From a virus, in IMG/VR virus record IMGVR_UViG_3300028042_000003, positions 42,166 through 106,165 of that record: 64,000 nt of DNA, one strand, 5' to 3'. The notes under the pieces are model-generated. The model was not told where the DNA came from. It made no database searches and saw only the letters and a program-made list of their open reading frames with translations. The position numbers and the translations under genes are program-made. Below, piece after piece: positions 29,955 to 38,661 of the stretch; position 1 is the first letter of the stretch, and each line of letters begins with the position of its first letter.

Positions 29955-32639
29955 ATGAGATTATTTGAGGACAGCTGGACTGTCAAAGGCAAAACCTACA
30001 TCAGAGAATATTCTGAAGACCTAAAGAAATCAATCAAGCGTGAAACTCCCCACAAATCAGAATACTATGTTCAGGATACATTAGGAACCTATAAAGGTTT
30101 CCTTGATGGTAAGTCCCTTCGTAAAGTAGAAGGTTCAGCGTATAACATCAATGGAGCATATGGTGAAAAGTCAGCTAAATATGTAGCAATCCGAGATGAA
30201 TATTTCGGTAAAGAGCGATATAATAAAGCACCTAACACTTGGTATCTAGATATTGAAACTAAAGTGGGATATAACAGTACCGGATTCCCAAACGCAGAGG
30301 ATGCGGCAGAAGAGATATGTCTAATACAATTATGGGATACTAACACAAAAAAGGGTTATGTCATTGGTTTAGAAGAATGGTATAACAGAAAAGATTACAC
30401 CTACGACTTCGATTTGGAATATATCAAATGTACAGATGAACGAGACCTTATCGAAAAGTTTCTTGAGATGTTCAAAGAGCTAGATCCATTTATGATCTAC
30501 GCATGGAACGGTGATGGATTTGATTACCCTTACATTTTCAACAGACTAAAGAATCTTAAGATCAATACAAATAGACTAAGCAACTACGGTTCAGCTACAT
30601 TGAAAACTAAAAAACTAGATAATGGTCAGTTGGTTCATAGTGTTCAAAGTCAAGGACACCAGTTTATGGATATGATGGTTGTTTATAAGAAATTTGTTTA
30701 CTCTAATGTACCAAATTATTCCCTGGATACTATAGGTGAAATAGAAACTGGCGATAAAAAAATCAACCATGATAACTATTTGAAGTTTGATGATTTCCGT
30801 ATTGGTAAATACAAAATCCTTGGGAACGAATCCCAAGAACAAAAGAACAAGAAACTTCATAAAGCGGCCGTAGCTCTTGAAACACTAGATAAAGAAGACC
30901 CAAGAAGAACAAAGCTACAGACATATATTCAACAAAAAAGTTACAGTGACTTCGTTGATTATGGTGTAAGAGACTTTGTGCTACTAAAGGGCATACATGA
31001 TGCTCAGAACTTCACAATGCTTATGACCAACATGGCAGACCAGATGGGTTGTTTGTTGGGTGATGTACTTGGTACACTCAAAGCATGGGATTCTTATATC
31101 ACTAATTACATAAGTAAAGACAATCTAATTGCTCCACCAAAAGAGTCAAGTGATGAACAACCTAATGTAGTAGGTGGGTTCGTTAGAGCCTCAGAGATAG
31201 GTAAACATAGATGGATTCTTAGTTCGGATGTCAACTCTATGTATCCACTTTTAGGTATGGCTAGTTTCAATATGTCACCTGAGACATGGATACCATATGC
31301 AGAAAGACATCCTGATGTACAAATGATATCAGATATACTAAAAACTCAAGATGAAGATAAAATACTTGAAATTACCACAGAACAATGGGCTAAAATCAAA
31401 GCAATTGCACAAGAACATAATGTAGCCCTTGGAGTTGGTGGTGCAGTGTACAGAAAAGACACCCAGGGAGTAATTCCTCAGTTGGTAACAAAGATTTACG
31501 GTGGACGTAAACAAGCCAAAAAAGAACAATTTCAATGGGAACAAAAGTCAATTGACCTCAAAGAACAAGGTAAAGACCACAGCCAAGAAGATCATTTTGC
31601 CACGTTGAAAAATACAGAACAAATGACAGCTAAGATCCAAATAAACAGTTTGTATGGCGCCCTAGCGGCTAAGCATTTCAGTATGTACAACGAACAAATA
31701 GCACAATCTATTACTGGTTCAGGTAGATACTTTATCAAAATGTTAGCAAATGACGTAGAAGATAAATTACAATCAATGATAAAAAGTAAAGAACCATATA
31801 TCGTAGCGGGTGACACGGATTCAATTTACTTTCAAATTGCTCCATTTATTGACAAATATACACAAGGTAAGACAATTACCGAAAAGACAAAGTGGGCAGA
31901 TGCGTTCTACAAAAAGGTAATAGAACCAGTAGTTCAAAAAAGCATCCAAACACTAGCTGAGAATCTAAACGCTTTTGACCCTAGTTACATCGGGGCAGAG
32001 CGTGAGATTATAGCAGATGCTGGTATGTTTGTAGCTAAGAAAAAATATGCAGCAAGAGTGAGAGACCTAGAAGGTAAGATTTATCCAGAAAATGACCCTT
32101 ATATGAAAATACAAGGACTAGAAATCATCAAAGGTGGAACTGCCCCATTCTCAAAGAAGTATCTCAAAGAAGCTGTTCCAGTTATTCTAGATTCAGATGA
32201 AGATGGAATTAGAGAATGGTTCAATAATGTAAGATCTAAATTTCTCCAGGTTCCATTAGATGAGATATCAAATACAGCTGGAGTATCTAAAGTGTACAAT
32301 CCAGATTGGGGTAAAGTTATCAATGGACGTAAGGTATCTATCCCTTTCGGTTCTAGGATTTGTGTAACTACAAATAAATATCTAGAAGCCCAGGAACTAA
32401 CAGAGAACTACTCAAAAATAGAAGGCGGCGACAAGATAAAGGTGTTATTCCTAAGACAACCTAATGCATTATCATCTGAAGCATTCGCGTACAATGATGT
32501 TAGATTTGCTGAGATGTTCAAGAAAGATATAGACTATGACACCACGTTCCAGAAGTTTTTTGTATCTCCTTTACAAGGTATGCTAGATGCTATTGGAATT
32601 GACCTAAATAAAAATACAGAAGAAATTGATATTTGGTAA
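29955..32639 (+). CDS. gp43: Family B DNA polymerase (T4 gp43-like)
   Basis: YLDIET exonuclease I, AWNGDGFDYPY, SSDVNSMYP, KIQINSLYGAL, AGDTDS, KKKYA. Confidence 0.97.
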   Translation: MRLFEDSWTVKGKTYIREYSEDLKKSIKRETPHKSEYYVQDTLGTYKGFLDGKSLRKVEGSAYNINGAYGEKSAKYVAIRDEYFGKERYNKAPNTWYLDIETKVGYNSTGFPNAEDAAEEICLIQLWDTNTKKGYVIGLEEWYNRKDYTYDFDLEYIKCTDERDLIEKFLEMFKELDPFMIYAWNGDGFDYPYIFNRLKNLKINTNRLSNYGSATLKTKKLDNGQLVHSVQSQGHQFMDMMVVYKKFVYSNVPNYSLDTIGEIETGDKKINHDNYLKFDDFRIGKYKILGNESQEQKNKKLHKAAVALETLDKEDPRRTKLQTYIQQKSYSDFVDYGVRDFVLLKGIHDAQNFTMLMTNMADQMGCLLGDVLGTLKAWDSYITNYISKDNLIAPPKESSDEQPNVVGGFVRASEIGKHRWILSSDVNSMYPLLGMASFNMSPETWIPYAERHPDVQMISDILKTQDEDKILEITTEQWAKIKAIAQEHNVALGVGGAVYRKDTQGVIPQLVTKIYGGRKQAKKEQFQWEQKSIDLKEQGKDHSQEDHFATLKNTEQMTAKIQINSLYGALAAKHFSMYNEQIAQSITGSGRYFIKMLANDVEDKLQSMIKSKEPYIVAGDTDSIYFQIAPFIDKYTQGKTITEKTKWADAFYKKVIEPVVQKSIQTLAENLNAFDPSYIGAEREIIADAGMFVAKKKYAARVRDLEGKIYPENDPYMKIQGLEIIKGGTAPFSKKYLKEAVPVILDSDEDGIREWFNNVRSKFLQVPLDEISNTAGVSKVYNPDWGKVINGRKVSIPFGSRICVTTNKYLEAQELTENYSKIEGGDKIKVLFLRQPNALSSEAFAYNDVRFAEMFKKDIDYDTTFQKFFVSPLQGMLDAIGIDLNKNTEEIDIW

Positions 32640-32696
32640 TCTTTTGGTTGTTTAATGTTCCTCTAAGGTATATTATGTTATAATAGTGTATTATTA

Positions 32697-32725
32697 GAAG
32701 AACTAGGTAACTAGACAGACTTCAT
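32697..32725 (+). other. Conserved 5'-UTR stem-loop, copy 1 (copy 2 at 53300-53333)
   Basis: GAAG-AA-CTAG-GTAA-CTAG-ACAGA-CTTC-AT between the long-class promoter and the RBS. Confidence 0.6.
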
Positions 32726-32745
32726 TACATAAAAAAAGGAACAAA

Positions 32746-33018
32746 ATGGCAAAAATTCATAACCAAGCAAAATTAGAGAGCTCAGTAGTAAGATGTGATA
32801 CACTAGGTGGAAACATGATTGAGCGTAGAGCAGAACTAATGGTGCGAAAACTAGCGTTACTAGACGAAAATCAAGATGCGGTAATGGACTATATCTTTGG
32901 ACGTTCCAATGAAAACCCACTAGAAGAAATCACTGCAGCTATCAACGAAGACCAAGAAGAATACTTGGACACCTGCGCACAAATGACAATAGAAGTACTA
33001 GCATCTACTAGAGAATAA
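32746..33018 (+). CDS. Hypothetical early protein
   Basis: Long-class promoter, structured leader and AAGGA RBS. Confidence 0.65.
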   Translation: MAKIHNQAKLESSVVRCDTLGGNMIERRAELMVRKLALLDENQDAVMDYIFGRSNENPLEEITAAINEDQEEYLDTCAQMTIEVLASTRE

Positions 33019-33147
33019 GAAAAATTTAAGGTTTATTTGTTATAATAAATAGTAAACAGAAAGTAAACAGATAAGCATAAATGAAATAGTTTGAAAGCTC
33101 TAAGAGCGCTTATACTTCAAAAAGACCCACGTGGCAAAAGGAACAAA

Positions 33148-33738
33148 ATGAAAAAAATTATGTTAGTAGCTATCGCAGCAATGACAGTAGCTATCGCAGG
33201 CCCAGTAGTTGAAGCACAAATCATCGAACCAGCAGTTGTAGAGACAGAGGCACAAGCTCCATCTGATATGTACTTTGGTTTTGGTTATACGTTTGATTCA
33301 ATTATTACTGGTTCACAGTACCTAACGGGAACAACAGATTCAGCCAGCACATTCACACAAGTTGGATACAATTTCAATCCATACGTAGCAGTAGAAGGTA
33401 GATATTCTTTCGGTTTAGAAACTGGAATTGATACTCAAGCAGATGATACTTTTGCGGTATATGTAAAACCACAATACCCAATCTCAGCAGACCTAACAGT
33501 TTATGGATTACTTGGATACGCATGGTCAATCGCAGATGGTGATTACGTAGCAGGAATTGAATTTACTGGATTCGCTTATGGATTAGGTGCTAAATATGCA
33601 CTATTTACTGATGTTGACGTATTTGCGGACTACACAAATGTTTATTCTGAAGAAAAAACAATTGGTACTGTCGTAGGTGGTGTTGATGTTGATGAAGATT
33701 TATACTCTATAAATGTTGGTGTAACATACAAATTCTAA
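33148..33738 (+). CDS. Outer-membrane beta-barrel protein (8-stranded OmpA-TM/Ail/Lom-like)
   Basis: Start reassigned to ATG 33148 (AAGGA RBS); Sec signal MKKIMLVAIAAMTVAIA; alternating beta-strands GYNFNPYVAVEGRY, YGLLGYA, YGLGAKY; C-terminal VGVTYKF beta-signal. Confidence 0.85.
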   Translation: MKKIMLVAIAAMTVAIAGPVVEAQIIEPAVVETEAQAPSDMYFGFGYTFDSIITGSQYLTGTTDSASTFTQVGYNFNPYVAVEGRYSFGLETGIDTQADDTFAVYVKPQYPISADLTVYGLLGYAWSIADGDYVAGIEFTGFAYGLGAKYALFTDVDVFADYTNVYSEEKTIGTVVGGVDVDEDLYSINVGVTYKF

Positions 33739-33755
33739 AAATACCAAGTATTTTT

Positions 33756-33776
33756 AGGGCCCACTTGGTGGGCCTT
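33756..33776 (+). terminator. GC-rich hairpin, probable intrinsic terminator
   Basis: AG-GGCCCAC-TTG-GTGGGCC-TT directly after the OMP stop codon. Confidence 0.6.
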
Positions 33777-33798
33777 GTAAAGTATTTAAAGGAATAAA

Positions 33799-34038
33799 AT
33801 GTCACAAACAGATATGTCTGGCATGTTTCGGGATTGTTTTCAACTTGTAGGAGCGGATATGATAGAAGGTGTTTATACGTTTTCTGTTTCAGGTGAAACT
33901 ATAGAATTTAATCAGATAGAAATTGATAAACTAAAAATCCAAGACCCTTTGTTCACATTCAAAGATAAAGATATAAAAAACCTCAGGATAACAACTAACA
34001 ATCTAATGAAAGAACAATATCCCGAGTATTTACTCTAA
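33799..34038 (+). CDS. Small PExxL-tailed protein (singleton)
   Basis: Ends EQYPEYLL-stop; converges on a minus-strand gene, so nothing downstream is coupled. Confidence 0.75.
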   Translation: MSQTDMSGMFRDCFQLVGADMIEGVYTFSVSGETIEFNQIEIDKLKIQDPLFTFKDKDIKNLRITTNNLMKEQYPEYLL

Positions 34039-34511
34039 GCTTCAATAACTAACTTAGCGCCTGATTTTACAATAAATACACCATTCATTTCACCACCAGT
34101 TACGTCACTTGGGTGATTATTTCCTAGTTTCTTTAGGTAACCGGTACTATCCTCAATTCCCTTTTTCCAATATGTCGTAGCTGTTTCAGGATCACGTCCT
34201 ATGTTTTGATTAGCTGGATCGGTTGGATCACCTTTTAGTGATTGCCATACAAAATTGCTAGCACCATGTCTAACTATTGCTCCATCATAATAACTAGTTG
34301 TATCATCCCACGGAAGAATACCGTTTTGTTGAAGAGCCACTGACGACATCATCACTTTATTAAGCATCCAGTTGAAAGTTGCGTGACTTGGTTTCTCACC
34401 ATAATCAAAACCATGTGCAATTTTAGCATTTTTTGGTTTTTTTCTGTCTTGAGGTGTTGCTGGAGTTTTAGCCCAGATATCGGTTAGTTGTATAATGTAT
34501 TCGTTTGTCAT
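34035..34511 (-). CDS. Tail-fibre-associated protein
   Basis: KIAHGFDYGEKP..ATFNWMLN...GILPWDDTTSYYDGAIVRH pattern of tail-fibre N-terminal domains. Confidence 0.6.
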   Translation of the reverse strand: MTNEYIIQLTDIWAKTPATPQDRKKPKNAKIAHGFDYGEKPSHATFNWMLNKVMMSSVALQQNGILPWDDTTSYYDGAIVRHGASNFVWQSLKGDPTDPANQNIGRDPETATTYWKKGIEDSTGYLKKLGNNHPSDVTGGEMNGVFIVKSGAKLVIEA

Positions 34512-34520
34512 TTTATTTCC

Positions 34521-35330
34521 TTATGTTTTTTGTATGTAAACCAACGAGTAATAAGTTGGCATATTTAGCTTACCAGTTCCACCAGATGACGAAAGAGTTA
34601 CTGTATGGGTTCCCATATCTTCGGGTTTTACACTATGCGATCCAGTGTTCACCGTGTGTGTGTGGTCTGGAGCTTCATTTACTTCTTCTGTTTTAGCGCG
34701 TGTGTCTAATGCGTCAGGGTCTTTGTAGCCCTTTTTGTGTTCACAATGAAAGTTCATAAAGTCATTCCATCCATCATATGACAAACACTGATTACAAGTT
34801 GGGGCTGGTGGTGGGTCGTGTGGGTATACTAGATCAGTCCAATATTGGCAAGTTGATTTTGCCGCTAGTTTTACCGCTTTCTTCTCACGGATATCTGCAT
34901 GAGTATGATCCGCAATTATACCCGACGTCACATCATCTGGATTTACTGTGTGTGTGTGTTTTCCACCAGCCTCAAAACTTACAACGTGGCCATGATTTGT
35001 AACACCAGAAATGCTATGATTACCACCAGTTGTTTTTTGTTTAGATGATACGGTAGTTGCTTCTATAAACATATCTACTAGATTGGGTGTTCCGTGGCTT
35101 CCATTACACAAGACCCAACCTGGCGGTACACTATTACCATAAAACATCATTATCGATCCTTTTGTGGCTATAGTATTACCAATAACTTTAGAAACATCAA
35201 GTTCTACGTGTTCCGCAATTGGATTTAGGTTATGCAAACTACAATAGCTGTGATTTTTAGCGAAGCTTGTTGTTTGTTCTGAGCCAAGGATAATATTTCC
35301 CTTGGCATTTGGGTGTTTTGAAAAATTCAT
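34521..35330 (-). CDS. Tail-collar domain fibre protein with HxH motifs
   Basis: KGSIMMFYGNSVPPGWVLCNGSHGTPNL collar; HGH, HTH, HTH, HTHT; MPTYYSLVYIQK end. Confidence 0.8.
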   Translation of the reverse strand: MNFSKHPNAKGNIILGSEQTTSFAKNHSYCSLHNLNPIAEHVELDVSKVIGNTIATKGSIMMFYGNSVPPGWVLCNGSHGTPNLVDMFIEATTVSSKQKTTGGNHSISGVTNHGHVVSFEAGGKHTHTVNPDDVTSGIIADHTHADIREKKAVKLAAKSTCQYWTDLVYPHDPPPAPTCNQCLSYDGWNDFMNFHCEHKKGYKDPDALDTRAKTEEVNEAPDHTHTVNTGSHSVKPEDMGTHTVTLSSSGGTGKLNMPTYYSLVYIQKT

Positions 35331-35989
35331 TAGTTGACCTTTATAATATAAGCTAATTCATAGTAAGGAGGAAAATTTCCATTTGTTGGTTGTGCTGATG
35401 TTTTGCTAACCGTAACTGTGTGACCATGAGCATCTGACTTAGAAGAGACTTTTGCGCCTAGTGTCAATGAATGGTTATGTTTGCCGGATTCGCCTAGTGG
35501 TGCAGGAGAACCTTCGCCGTAGTTATAGTTATTTGGTCCCACATTTACGCTTCGCAGCTTTACACCATCAGGTGGACATTTGTAGGTTACATGCGTGTGT
35601 TTCCCCTCTGGTTCTGAGGTGATTGTTCCAAAACTAACTGTATGAGCATGATTGGTTGATTCCGTTGTATTTGCAACAACATGATTGTGGGTTGGTATTT
35701 GGCTATCTGAATGCCCACCAGTTTGCTTGTCCGTAGAAAATGTAGCACCAAGCACAAACTTTCCTCTAAGATCTGGAGTTCCTGGACTCCCATCACAAAA
35801 TTTCCAATCATTTGGAACAGAGTTCAAGTCACCCTTGAACATAACAATAGCACCAACTGGAATTTCTTCAGCTGGTTTTGCTTCATTTATGGGCACTTCT
35901 ATTTGAGCTGTGCTGTCGGAAAGATCTACTAATCTTATGCTTCCATTTTGGTGGTTGTCGTTTTGAACAGATAAGCCATTTTGTGACAT
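35330..35989 (-). CDS. Tail-collar domain fibre protein with HxH motifs
   Basis: PVGAIVMFKG..VPNDWKFCDGSPGTPDLRGKF; HNH, HAH, HTH, HNH, HGH; PPYYELAYIIK end. Confidence 0.8.
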   Translation of the reverse strand: MSQNGLSVQNDNHQNGSIRLVDLSDSTAQIEVPINEAKPAEEIPVGAIVMFKGDLNSVPNDWKFCDGSPGTPDLRGKFVLGATFSTDKQTGGHSDSQIPTHNHVVANTTESTNHAHTVSFGTITSEPEGKHTHVTYKCPPDGVKLRSVNVGPNNYNYGEGSPAPLGESGKHNHSLTLGAKVSSKSDAHGHTVTVSKTSAQPTNGNFPPYYELAYIIKVN

Positions 35990-36672
35990 TATGATACCCT
36001 CATTATAAAAAATATTTTTGTGTGTTTAGGAATATTTTTGTTTATTCCAATAACCCCACCACCAACTGTTTGGTCTGCATGTGTGTGTGTACTTTTTTCA
36101 GATGTTTTTTTCTCTGGAATTTTAAATACGTGACCATGGTTCCCACCTCCAGTAGTTTTTCCAGGGGTGAATCCTTGGTTTAATGTGATTCTCCCGCAAT
36201 CACATGGTCCACAAATATCACACGTTTGTCTATTATCGTCATATTTACCAACATGAGGTTGTGGGTGTGAGTGATCAAGCTGATATGCCGTGTATACTGT
36301 TTTTGGAATTAGTTTGTGTGTATGGCCAGCTGCTTTTGTTATTGTAGGTGTATGTGTATGATTTGGTATTGATAAATCTGTATACCCTCCAGTTTTACCT
36401 GCGTTGGCATCATTAGGAGTGGATATACATCTAATAAACTTTCTATTTAGATTAGGCGTTCCATTGTGACCATCACATAGAAACCAACCCTCTACTAAGG
36501 TGTTTATGTTACCATTGAATAACATAATCGTTCCAATGGGGAAATCATCGTTGTTGATAAGTTTATAAAGATCAACGTCATTATTGTGATCATTTGATGT
36601 GCCATTGGCGTTGTTCTTACCACTGTTGACTAGTTTTGTACTACCACCAGAAGCATTTTTGATTATAAGCAT
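35989..36672 (-). CDS. Tail-collar domain fibre protein with HxH motifs
   Basis: PIGTIMLFNG..LVEGWFLCDGHNGTPNLNRKF; HTH, HTH, HSH, HGH, HTH. Confidence 0.8.
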   Translation of the reverse strand: MLIIKNASGGSTKLVNSGKNNANGTSNDHNNDVDLYKLINNDDFPIGTIMLFNGNINTLVEGWFLCDGHNGTPNLNRKFIRCISTPNDANAGKTGGYTDLSIPNHTHTPTITKAAGHTHKLIPKTVYTAYQLDHSHPQPHVGKYDDNRQTCDICGPCDCGRITLNQGFTPGKTTGGGNHGHVFKIPEKKTSEKSTHTHADQTVGGGVIGINKNIPKHTKIFFIMRVS

Positions 36673-36689
36673 TTTCGTTCCTTTTGTAG

Positions 36690-36697
36690 TATTTATA
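36690..36697 (-). promoter_or_regulatory. T4-type late promoter TATAAATA; further minus-strand copies at 27406-27413, 38633-38640, 42400-42407
   Basis: Exact TATTTATA on + upstream of minus-strand structural/lysis genes. Confidence 0.7.
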
Positions 36698-36699
36698 AC

Positions 36700-37332
36700 C
36701 TACAAAGATGCTATATAAAAATAATGTCTCTTTCTAGCTTTGTAAGAATGTGTTCGTTTATTTACTATTTTAGTCATTTCGTCTACGTTTTTAGCTGCGT
36801 ACATTTTATGGCTATAATAAAATGCCATAGCAGAAAGTAATGCGCCTTCTACTGTATTCATATCGTTTGATAAATCAGTTGGAGTAATATTTTTTTTTAA
36901 AACCGTTGACATAACCTTGGCTGTGTGTTTATAATTAGCTCTGCCGGTAAGTTGAATATACCCTGCTCCTCTAAATGTCCACCCATCATTAGGTTTTTTA
37001 TTTCCTAATCTACCACCATATGCTTTATTGGCTATTTTTCTTTGGTTGGCTCTGTGACCTCTACATCTACCGTCTCTTCTTGAAGATTTTGGATTTCTTT
37101 TGTAGTATCCAAAAATAGCTCTTAGAGCTTTACAACTATAATTTAGGTTTTCACGTTTTGGTGTCAAAGATACACCAACTTCTTCTTTGAGTTGAGCTAA
37201 AAAAGCATTTACTTGAAATTTAGAAGTAAAATTGAATTTTTTAGAGTGTTTATTGAATGTATCTACAAATATCTCTACTTCATCTACACTTGAGTGTTTG
37301 AAAATATGTTGAATTTTATCATACGTTAGCAT
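36700..37332 (-). CDS. Endolysin, glycoside hydrolase family 19 (chitinase/lysozyme-like)
   Basis: AFLAQLKEE, ENLNYS, DGWTFRGAGYIQLTGRANY GH19 motifs. Confidence 0.88.
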   Translation of the reverse strand: MLTYDKIQHIFKHSSVDEVEIFVDTFNKHSKKFNFTSKFQVNAFLAQLKEEVGVSLTPKRENLNYSCKALRAIFGYYKRNPKSSRRDGRCRGHRANQRKIANKAYGGRLGNKKPNDGWTFRGAGYIQLTGRANYKHTAKVMSTVLKKNITPTDLSNDMNTVEGALLSAMAFYYSHKMYAAKNVDEMTKIVNKRTHSYKARKRHYFYIASL

Positions 37333-37492
37333 CTGTTTGTCCTCTTATGAATTTATTGAATTCTTGGTATTCTTCTATTTCTTTATTCAGGAATTCATTT
37401 GCGTTTTCAAGTTTTTTAATTTGTAACTTTAGTTCTTTTATAGTAATAATAAGTTTTTGAAAATTAGCTGGAGTTAGTTCTACTACTTTCAT
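37319..37492 (-). CDS. 57-aa coiled-coil protein not in the ORF track; possible C-terminal half of an o-spanin
   Basis: MKVVELTPANFQKLIITIKELKLQIKKLENANEFLNKEIEEYQEFNKFIRGQTDANV; ATG overlaps the upstream TGA. Confidence 0.55.
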   Translation of the reverse strand: MKVVELTPANFQKLIITIKELKLQIKKLENANEFLNKEIEEYQEFNKFIRGQTDANV

Positions 37493-37662
37493 CTTTCTAC
37501 CACCTTATATTCAATATCAAGTGGTTTTTGGTATGGTGATTTATCTACTCTAAAAGTTACTAATTCTGGAGCTTGAGTTTCTACATATCTTGTACAATTA
37601 GATAGTGATAGTGTGAGCGCCATTACTAAAATTAGTGTCAATGTTGATGTGTAATTTTTCAT
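37489..37662 (-). CDS. 57-aa lipoprotein not in the ORF track; o-spanin (Rz1-like)
   Basis: MKNYTSTLTLILVMALTLSLSNC lipobox; starts inside the 3' end of the i-spanin-like gene in another frame. Confidence 0.65.
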   Translation of the reverse strand: MKNYTSTLTLILVMALTLSLSNCTRYVETQAPELVTFRVDKSPYQKPLDIEYKVVER

Positions 37663-37849
37663 TTTCTTTTTTCACCTTTATTTTATTCTGGTTTTGTTCT
37701 TTAGTAAAATTCTCAGAATGTTCTTTAGAATCGAGGACACGTTTTTTAGTATCCTTGATAATTTTTTTAGTGTCTTGTAGTTCACCCATTGGTTCTATAT
37801 AATACTTATTCACTAAAAATGCCATAACTAATAAAATAAGCCATTTCAT
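37598..37849 (-). CDS. i-spanin (Rz-like)
   Basis: N-terminal TM MKWLILLVMAFLV followed by a charged helical region; overlaps a lipoprotein gene near the endolysin. Confidence 0.55.
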   Translation of the reverse strand: MKWLILLVMAFLVNKYYIEPMGELQDTKKIIKDTKKRVLDSKEHSENFTKEQNQNKIKVKKENEKLHINIDTNFSNGAHTITI

Positions 37850-38304
37850 GCTAGTCTTTTTGTTGCGGTTTTTACATAATAATCATATAATTCTTGTGGG
37901 TCAACATCAGCTGGTTTTAGCCCTTTGACATTTGGACATTCAAAATGTTGCATTATTGCTGTTACTAATTCAGAACAAAAGTATTTATTTTTCACATCAA
38001 AGTCTGGAATGTCTAATCCAACACTCATAGCTCCAACATAATCATAAGCATTTCCTCTAATTTCGTCAATAAAATCTACTGCCGTTTGGTTAAATTTAGG
38101 GTTGATATCTACATCTAAGTAATCCCAAGTGTCATGCAAAGGGTATTCTACCCTTCTTGTGCTTACTCCTTTGGTAGGGGTTGCCCCTACCCAAACAGTA
38201 CCAATTATGATTTCTACATGGTCATAATTAGATTTGGTCAACTTAGCGATTATTTGTGACATCCAATTTTTAGTTGAATGCTTAAAAGCTAATGTTACTT
38301 TCAT
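37846..38304 (-). CDS. Permuted papain-like NlpC/P60 (YiiX/YebB-like) protein
   Basis: YDHVEIII (His first), YDYVGA, KYFCSELV (Cys later). Confidence 0.75.
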   Translation of the reverse strand: MKVTLAFKHSTKNWMSQIIAKLTKSNYDHVEIIIGTVWVGATPTKGVSTRRVEYPLHDTWDYLDVDINPKFNQTAVDFIDEIRGNAYDYVGAMSVGLDIPDFDVKNKYFCSELVTAIMQHFECPNVKGLKPADVDPQELYDYYVKTATKRLA

Positions 38305-38585
38305 TTTGAGTCACTTTCTTTTACCTCTAAATTGTCAAGGCGTTCGTCAATTTTGGCCATTGCGTGTTCTAAGACTATATCAAGATCTTCACGGCTTAGT
38401 CTAAGTTCTCTACGAACTTCACATTTTGTTACCGCTTTCTCTTTTACTTCGTCCACCTCTTGCTTTACTTCATTGTGTTGCATTTGACTATAGCTTTGTA
38501 ATACAAAAACTACTGAAACTGCAAAGCCCATGAAGAATTTATTCCAATCAATATTTCCGTCTGGTTTTTTTAATATTTCTGGCAT
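38301..38585 (-). CDS. Single-TM membrane protein, holin/antiholin candidate
   Basis: TM FFMGFAVSVVFVLQSY plus coiled coil; first gene after the late promoter at 38633 in the lysis block. Confidence 0.4.
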   Translation of the reverse strand: MPEILKKPDGNIDWNKFFMGFAVSVVFVLQSYSQMQHNEVKQEVDEVKEKAVTKCEVRRELRLSREDLDIVLEHAMAKIDERLDNLEVKESDSK

Positions 38586-38661
38586 GTTTTTCCTTTTTTT
38601 TTAAGATCCACCACTAATTTTAGTGATTTACTTATTTATATTATAACCAAACATTACTGTT

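Noticed and set aside
29955-32639. Intein or intron in the DNA polymerase or helicase
   Set aside because: Both read as continuous ORFs of ordinary length with all motifs in order and no intein splice motifs.
36889-36898. Homopolymer tract in the endolysin as a phase-variation site
   Set aside because: An A/T run encoding Lys-Lys-Asn is expected in an AT-rich genome, the frame is intact, and I saw no long poly-G tracts.
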